A DNA stretch of 32,000 nt. It comes from Candidatus Jordarchaeales archaeon. GTDB taxonomy: Archaea; Asgardarchaeota; Jordiarchaeia; Jordiarchaeales; Freyrarchaeaceae. Below are positions 26,105-32,000 of this stretch, piece by piece. Below the pieces are notes generated by a model. The model was not told the DNA's origin. It did not search any database and was given only the letters and a program-made list of their open reading frames with translations. Each line of letters opens with the position of its first letter. The stretch's first letter is position 1. The stretch spans positions 5,765 to 37,764 of the forward strand of contig JAWCFL010000019.1 of NCBI GenBank assembly GCA_038858525.1, in the 5' to 3' direction. The position numbers were made by a program, and so were the translations under genes.

Positions 26105-26506
26105 CGGCAGCCGTCTCCCCTCCAAGGGAGGCAAGTCTTCCAACCTCCCTAACGATGATCTTAGCCTTCCTGATAATCCTCTCCGCAAGGCTGACAGGTA
26201 TACTCTCCCAAGGTCGCTCCATGCCCGCGTTAGGATACCTCGAAACCGTATAGTAGGGGGTGGGCTCCGCTAGGGCTTCAACAAGCTTCTCGCTCAGCCC
26301 CTCCGAGCTCATTGTAGAGCTCTGTGAGGTCGCTTGTTTTGGGCGGCCTCCTGTTTTTCGTCATTATCGCTGCCTTTAAAGCTTTCTCTACTGCTTGGTG
26401 TGTGGCGAAGAGCGCCCAGTTTGCTCTACCCGCCCTGAGCGCCCCCCTCCGCCTCAGCTAGGTCAACGAGTGCCCCCTCATACCAGTTCAGCGCCTCCCT
26501 CCTCAA
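26094..26506 (-). pseudogene. HEPN-domain toxin partner, doubly frameshifted
   Basis: Removing one G from each of two G-runs (26442-26447 and 26298-26301) gives a 136-aa HEPN protein: LRREALNWYEGALVDLAEAEGALRAGRANWALFATHQAVEKALKAA...KTSDL...YYTVSRYPNAG. Confidence 0.88.
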
Positions 26507-26584
26507 TTAAACCGCTTTTCCCGGCGCCTCACCACCAACACTAATTCCAGCACTAAATAGGTTTGCCGTTATTTAATAGGGCTC

Positions 26585-26730
26585 ATTTTAACTTAAAATT
26601 ATACTGTAATATTTCATGAGTTACAAAAGGAATAATTTTGGCGTTCATGTACTCGCAGATTTTTAGCAGTAACCCCTTCACCGACTTAAAAAGAAAAAGT
26701 TTAAAGAATACTTTCTCTCTTAAAGAATAA
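26585..26730 (+). promoter_or_regulatory. katG upstream region with palindromes and a TATA-like box
   Basis: Perfect 7-1-7 palindrome ATTTTAA-C-TTAAAAT (26585-26599), TGTAA-N11-TTACA (26605-26625), and TTAAAGAATA at both 26701 and 26720. Confidence 0.45.
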
Positions 26731-26753
26731 GTTAAGCAAGGGAGGGGAGTGTC

Positions 26754-28943
26754 GTGGAAGACAAGAGATTCAAACCAAGAAAAAGATGGATTACAGATTG
26801 GTGGCCAAACAGGTTAAACCTGAAAGTCCTACGGCAGAACAACCCAAATTCGAATCCCTACGGACCTGATTACGATTACATCAAGGAAGTTCAGACTCTT
26901 GACGTGAACGCAGTCATAAGCGATTTGAAGAAGTTGATGAGGTCTTCTCAGGATTGGTGGCCGGCAGACTTCGGACATTATGGCCCGCTATTTATCAGGT
27001 TAGCATGGCATAGTGCTGGAAGTTACAGGATCCACGACGGCAGAGGCGGTGCGAGAAATGGTAGCATCCGCTTCCCACCAAGGATAAATTGGCCCGACAA
27101 CATTGGGCTTGATAAGGCTATAAGGCTACTGTGGCCGATAAAGAAAAAATATGGCAGAAAACTTTCATGGGCAGACTTGATCATCTTGTCAGGAACTGTA
27201 GCGCTTGAAGATATGGGTGTGAAGATAATCGGTTTTTCTCTAGGTAGAGAGGATATCTATGAGCCGGATGAGAGTCCAGATTGGGGACCCGAGGAGGAGA
27301 TGCTTACAGGTAAGGAACGCTTTAAAGAGAGAGAGCTTAGAAAACCCTTTGCTGCCACCGAGATGGGTCTTATTTACGTGAATCCAGAAGGTCCGGGAGG
27401 AAATCCGGATCCCGTTGAATCCGCTAAAGAAATTAGGCTTGCCTTCTCCAGAATGGGGATGAGCGATGAGGAGACTGTAGCTTTAATTGCTGGCGGGCAC
27501 GCCTTCGGAAAGTGCCATGGAGCGGGACCCAGTAACTATCTTGGCCAAGACCCAAGCTCCTCACCAATAGAGCAACAAGGCTTAGGATGGAAATACGGCT
27601 ACAAGAGTGGAAAGGGACCAGATACGTATACTTCAGGATTCGAAGTCATATGGTCACCTACACCGACAAAGTTCGGGATCCAATATCTTCACACAATGTT
27701 CAAGTACGAGTGGGAACTCGAAAAAAGTCCTGCAGGCAAATATCAATGGGTCGCCAAAAATGCCCCAGAGATAATCCCCGATGCGCACGACCCCAATAAA
27801 AAGCATAAACCCAGGATGCTTACGGCTGACCTAGCTTTAAGGTTTGACCCTGTCTATTCGAAAATAGCAAGAAGGTTCCTTGAAAATCCCAAGGAGTTTG
27901 AAAAGGCTTTTGCCACCGCATGGTTCAAGCTCACTCATAGGGACATGGGGCCGAAAGCCTGCTATGTTGGTCCTTACGTTCCAAAGGAAGAGTTTATCTG
28001 GCAGGATCCATTGCCTGAGCGGGACTACGAACTAATCGAGGGTGACGATATCGAGGAGTTGAAAAGGAGAATTCTGGCATCCGGATTGAGCATTTCACAG
28101 TTAGTATACACAGCCTGGTCTTCAGCATCAACCTATCGCGACTCTGACAGAAGAGGAGGAGCGAACGGAGCGAGGATAAGGCTGTACCCGCTAAACCAGT
28201 GGGAAGTGAATCATCCAGATGACCTCAAGAAAATCATTTCAGTATATGAAAAGATCCAACGTGGCTTCAACGAGGAACACCAAAAGCAGGGTAGTAACAA
28301 GAAGGTTTCAATTGCAGACTTGATCGTCCTTGGAGGATGCGCCGCCATAGAGGCCGCTGCTAAAAAAGCAGGGTTTAACGTAAAGGTGCCCTTCACACCC
28401 GGGAGAGTAGACGCAACACAAGAGCAAGTCGAAGTAGAGTTCTACAAGGAAATAGAACCATTTGCTGATGGCTTCAGAAACTACTTCAAGCATCCAGAAA
28501 TGATCAATGAAGAAGATGTTTATACTACTCCTGAATATTTCCTCGTAGACAAAGCACAACTCTTGAAACTTACAGTTCCAGAGTTAGTAGTCCTCATCGG
28601 TGGATTAAGAGTTCTCGGAGCCACTTACAAATATGAGAAGCATGGAGTTCTCACAGATACCCCAGAAGTTTTGACGAACGACTTCTTCGTAAACCTGCTA
28701 GACATGGAAGTCGAATGGAAGCAAGCAGATGACCACCGATACTTATTCAAAGGATATTACAGAAAGAGTGGAGAAGCAAAGTGGAGTGCAACGAGGGTGG
28801 ACCTCATCTTTGGGCATCACGACGAACTGCGAAGTATCGCAGAGGTTTACGCCTGTGACGACGCAAAGGAGAAGTTTATTCACGACTTCATCGCAGCTTG
28901 GAACAAAGTCATGAACCTGGACCGCTTCAACCTGAAAAAATAA
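26754..28943 (+). CDS. katG: Catalase-peroxidase (class I, KatG)
   Basis: [32 protein letters not shown] (distal R-W-H), [20 protein letters not shown] (proximal His), and C-terminal domain [12 protein letters not shown]...VMNLDRF. Confidence 0.98.
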   Translation: MEDKRFKPRKRWITDWWPNRLNLKVLRQNNPNSNPYGPDYDYIKEVQTLDVNAVISDLKKLMRSSQDWWPADFGHYGPLFIRLAWHSAGSYRIHDGRGGARNGSIRFPPRINWPDNIGLDKAIRLLWPIKKKYGRKLSWADLIILSGTVALEDMGVKIIGFSLGREDIYEPDESPDWGPEEEMLTGKERFKERELRKPFAATEMGLIYVNPEGPGGNPDPVESAKEIRLAFSRMGMSDEETVALIAGGHAFGKCHGAGPSNYLGQDPSSSPIEQQGLGWKYGYKSGKGPDTYTSGFEVIWSPTPTKFGIQYLHTMFKYEWELEKSPAGKYQWVAKNAPEIIPDAHDPNKKHKPRMLTADLALRFDPVYSKIARRFLENPKEFEKAFATAWFKLTHRDMGPKACYVGPYVPKEEFIWQDPLPERDYELIEGDDIEELKRRILASGLSISQLVYTAWSSASTYRDSDRRGGANGARIRLYPLNQWEVNHPDDLKKIISVYEKIQRGFNEEHQKQGSNKKVSIADLIVLGGCAAIEAAAKKAGFNVKVPFTPGRVDATQEQVEVEFYKEIEPFADGFRNYFKHPEMINEEDVYTTPEYFLVDKAQLLKLTVPELVVLIGGLRVLGATYKYEKHGVLTDTPEVLTNDFFVNLLDMEVEWKQADDHRYLFKGYYRKSGEAKWSATRVDLIFGHHDELRSIAEVYACDDAKEKFIHDFIAAWNKVMNLDRFNLKK

Positions 28944-29323
28944 TCAAAGCTTTTACTTCGCCGCTTCTCCAGGAGCCTCTATCTCCCTTCACCCCACCAA
29001 TCGGTCCATGCCTTTAACTGGCAACTTCACTTATTCTTCTGCTCCTTGAAATCTATAAGTACACGTCGCTGATATAGGTTGATGCGAGTTCTACTCATGC
29101 CAATTTGACGTCATTAAGAACACCCTCCCAGTTATCACCATTCCTTTTACATTTGGGCCACCAGCATCTGAAGGCTTATGCAGAAAGAATTTAGAGGTCT
29201 GATAACGTTTCTAACGCAAAGAAAATCCACCGGAATACAGAGACCTTGAAACAAGTTAGGGAAAGGAAGTGTGTTCTTCGTCGTTATTTAAGATTCAGCT
29301 TTTTCCGCGGAGACCCTGTGTAG

Positions 29324-29331
29324 TTTATATA
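29324..29331 (+). promoter_or_regulatory. TATA box of a probably leaderless RNA-ligase transcript
   Basis: TTTATATA about 25 nt upstream of ATG 29356; no RBS in between. Confidence 0.5.
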
Positions 29332-29355
29332 TGCGTTAACTGAATTTATTCTTTG

Positions 29356-30396
29356 ATGAACGCTGAGGATGTTCTGACTAAGGCCTTGAGCTACTTGAAG
29401 AAGTGTAGGTGCGAGGTTGGCTCTTTTAGTGGTGAGGCGGAGCGCGTAGTTGAGCTTTTCAGGAGGAGTTTTGGGGGGAGGCCGAGGATTAAGCCTTACC
29501 ACATAGACCCTCCGAGCCCGGCCCTATACTCCTACCTGGAAGAAGCCAAGCCCGTCGTTTACGCTGAGCAGAAGTTTGACGGCACCCACATACAGGTCTC
29601 GAGTAGCGGTCTGTTCAAGCACGATGGAAACCCGTTGGCAAACGACCAGCTTGGCGGGCTAATATATGTCGCCACAGTGGAGCCGGAGAAGGTTAAAAAG
29701 GTTCTCGACATGGCCGAGGAGGGATACGTAGTGGAGCTGGAGCTCTTCGGGAGCAAGTACACGCCCATGGGCTTCCACAAGGACTACGGCAAGCCGTTCG
29801 ACCTAGTGGTCTTTGAGGTCGGCTTCGGTGACAGATGGACCCCGCCGCCGGAAAAATACGCGGTCATGGAAAGGTTTGGCGTGCCGCACCCACAAGCGCT
29901 CAAGATAGACTACAGGGACGCCTACCAGCTGAAAGAGGAGGCTGAAAAAATAGCCGAGAGACCCGACTGGTTCGAGGGCGCAGTCCTCAAGGCACCATTT
30001 AAGCCGGCAAGAGACATGTACATAAAGGAATACGTGAAGACGGGGAGCCTAATCGTTTTCAAGGTGAAAAAGAAGCTCGAAGAAAAAGTGAAAGAAAAGG
30101 CCGAACCGAAAATGAAGAAAGAAGAAAAGAGGACCCCAATGTCAGAGGTCTACCTTGAACTTAAAAGCGAGGCGCTAAACGAAGCGGCAAAGATCACCAT
30201 GGAACAGGGAGAAGAATACGTCAGAGACATGCGGAATACTGGGCCAATCATTGAAAGGATCGTGAAGGGGATCTGCGAAGCCCACCCTGAGCTGGTTGAA
30301 AGGTTCAAGGCTGAGGGATTCACGGAAAGGGACATACGAAAAGTTGTTGGGGAAGCATTAATGGACGCTAGGAAAAAGCTGGCCAGCCAAACTTAA
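29356..30396 (+). CDS. ATP-dependent RNA ligase-like nucleotidyltransferase (Rnl2-like)
   Basis: Motif I EQKFDGTH (KxDG), III VELELFG, IIIa LVVFEV, IV FEGAVLK, V FKVK. No OB domain; the helical C-domain (MRNTGPIIERIVKGICEA) loosely resembles the Rnl2 C-domain. Confidence 0.78.
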   Translation: MNAEDVLTKALSYLKKCRCEVGSFSGEAERVVELFRRSFGGRPRIKPYHIDPPSPALYSYLEEAKPVVYAEQKFDGTHIQVSSSGLFKHDGNPLANDQLGGLIYVATVEPEKVKKVLDMAEEGYVVELELFGSKYTPMGFHKDYGKPFDLVVFEVGFGDRWTPPPEKYAVMERFGVPHPQALKIDYRDAYQLKEEAEKIAERPDWFEGAVLKAPFKPARDMYIKEYVKTGSLIVFKVKKKLEEKVKEKAEPKMKKEEKRTPMSEVYLELKSEALNEAAKITMEQGEEYVRDMRNTGPIIERIVKGICEAHPELVERFKAEGFTERDIRKVVGEALMDARKKLASQT

Positions 30397-30533
30397 ATCA
30401 CGGGGAGCTTCCCGCCAATCTACGAGCCTTAAAGCATAATACTCACAAATCGGATAGTGGCAGACCTCTCACGGATCCCTAAAGAACTCTGAGGAAGGTT
30501 ACCGTAATCGCGAGGAATCAGCCGAGCCCGGGT

Positions 30534-31781
30534 CTACGCGAAGATTCTTACTTTCTCTATTTCCTGTGCTCTTTCATCTCCTAGCAGCACCCTCATTATT
30601 TCCATGGCTTTCTTGATGGACTTCTCCGCGTTCTCCTCATCTACGCCCGCGTAGCCGTGCTCGAGCTTAGAATTGTTTCTGAGGTTAGATATGAACTGAA
30701 GATTATCCTTAACTTCTTCCAGCTGACGTATCGGGCTGATCAGGCTGAGGAGCTGGAGCCCATTCCACAGCGTTAGATGTTCAGGAGGGCTCTCACTATA
30801 CCCTAACTGTTTAAGAATTTCTTGGTGGTCTGGGATTTGCTGCCAGTTTACGCTCCAAGGGTTCACGTTGTTTTCGAGCAGCCTAAGCTGCACGGCGGCC
30901 TCAACAGCCCTGTAAGCCCTGAGAACCGCCTCGGCGTACTCCCCCATCTTGAGCCTCCTCTCGGCGTTCGCGAGGAACTCGAGTGGGACAAGGTGCCCAT
31001 CCCCCTCTCTGAACTTCGCCCCCTCTCCCTGACATTTCCTCAGCCCCCTCATCGCTCTAACTAGCCGGTTACCTATGCGTCTGAGCCTAACCACGTTTTC
31101 CGGAACCTTCCCGAAAACTTGCTGGGAGACGAACGCCTCCGCTCCATCACCAATCTCGTTTATTACTTTCATGGCTTCCTCATACTCGAAAGAGTCCCAT
31201 AACCAGAAAGCCTTAGACGCGCTCTTGAGAAACCTGTAATTGTAAGTGTCTGGGAGCCCCTCCGAGATTTTAAACGCAAGGAAAAACTCATATCCCTCCA
31301 AGTGCTTTACAACTTCATCCGCAAGCTCCTCCACTGCAGTTCTGTAATCTCTCCTGATGACCATATTTCCCTTTACGCGTCCCGCCTCATCCCTAACCAC
31401 CCCTCCAACGTACTCGAAAACCACCTTCGATGGCGCCTTGCTGGCAAAAACATGGAAGGCCGCGGCTGACATAGTCTTCGTGCCACCAGTAAAGTTGACT
31501 ATTACCTCACTCACATCCTTGCCAGCCAGATCCTTAATTATTTCCTTGAAAACGTCCACACAAGACTTAACATCCTCGGGGTCAGGCACCTCCCGCTCCA
31601 TAGTATTCCTCCTCAATTCCCTAGCCCTATCCCGCACTACCTTCGCAACGTCCAGCGGACTTGGATGCTGACCGGGGAAAGAGCGACCATAAACAAGATA
31701 AATGAGGTCGACGTCATTCTTTTCAATCGACTCAATTATCGGGTCAGACGTTGTCCCAACAGTCGCAACCAACACCTTCAC
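30534..31781 (-). CDS. CARF-HEPN CRISPR ancillary ribonuclease (TIGR02710/Csm6-like)
   Basis: N-terminal LVATVGTT and VNFTGGTKTMSAAA (CARF); AVLRAYRAVE and C-terminal LRNNSKLEHG (HEPN R-x-H type). Start likely GTG 31781 (GGAGGT RBS) or ATG 31796; the ORF track gives 31871. Confidence 0.85.
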   Translation of the reverse strand: MKVLVATVGTTSDPIIESIEKNDVDLIYLVYGRSFPGQHPSPLDVAKVVRDRARELRRNTMEREVPDPEDVKSCVDVFKEIIKDLAGKDVSEVIVNFTGGTKTMSAAAFHVFASKAPSKVVFEYVGGVVRDEAGRVKGNMVIRRDYRTAVEELADEVVKHLEGYEFFLAFKISEGLPDTYNYRFLKSASKAFWLWDSFEYEEAMKVINEIGDGAEAFVSQQVFGKVPENVVRLRRIGNRLVRAMRGLRKCQGEGAKFREGDGHLVPLEFLANAERRLKMGEYAEAVLRAYRAVEAAVQLRLLENNVNPWSVNWQQIPDHQEILKQLGYSESPPEHLTLWNGLQLLSLISPIRQLEEVKDNLQFISNLRNNSKLEHGYAGVDEENAEKSIKKAMEIMRVLLGDERAQEIEKVRIFA

Positions 31782-32000
31782 GAAACCAACCTCCATCCTC
31801 CACACTCTATGTGGAAGTGATACTAAAAACTTACTAAACGCGTAGCCTAGGTCAGCTTTTACCTTTTTCATTGAAGGAGCTCTTTTTTGAGATCGCTCGA
31901 CGAAATTATCCAGATGAGCTTCCTCTGCCTCTCATAAACATATATTAGCGTAACTTTATGTTTGACCGCCATTCTGTAGAAAGCTATGGTGGCTGGCTTT

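Noticed and set aside
28944-29352. Possible decayed gene on the minus strand between katG and the ligase
   Set aside because: Only a short protein-like stretch (AGGPNVKGMVITGRVFL) bounded by stops; cannot be supported.
29284-30335. Minus-strand ORFs over the ligase gene (29284-29502, 29559-29780, 30150-30335)
   Set aside because: Antisense shadows of the ligase CDS.

Overview
Archaeal chromosomal window. This is inferred from an AglH-type GlcNAc-1-P transferase, a type I-A Cas operon, TATA-like promoters and GGAGG/GGTG ribosome-binding sites; the lineage cannot be fixed from the sequence alone. Left part (1-12.5 kb): a fatty-acid/acyl-CoA oxidation cluster (two acyl-CoA dehydrogenases, EtfB, EtfA, MaoC-type hydratase) interrupted by a GT-C-like membrane protein, then a glycan-synthesis cluster (AglH, NDP-sugar epimerase, ATP-grasp enzyme, HAD phosphatase, GT4). 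Middle (12.5-18.7 kb): a small orphan gene, two identical 37-bp repeats separated by a 38-bp spacer, and a permease-less ABC-ATPase / HypB-UreG-like GTPase / Fe-S protein triad bracketed by a degenerate ~80-bp direct repeat. An ~800-aa internally duplicated, sequon-rich surface protein split by a single extra base follows. Right part (19-32 kb): a defence neighbourhood with a type I-A interference operon (csa5-cas7-cas5-cas3'-cas3''-cas8a-like) and divergent csa3, but no cas1/2/4/6 or canonical array in view. It also holds a decayed HEPN-MNT toxin-antitoxin pair, katG, an Rnl2-like RNA ligase and a convergent CARF-HEPN (TIGR02710-like) ribonuclease. All calls come from motif recognition by eye; no searches were run.
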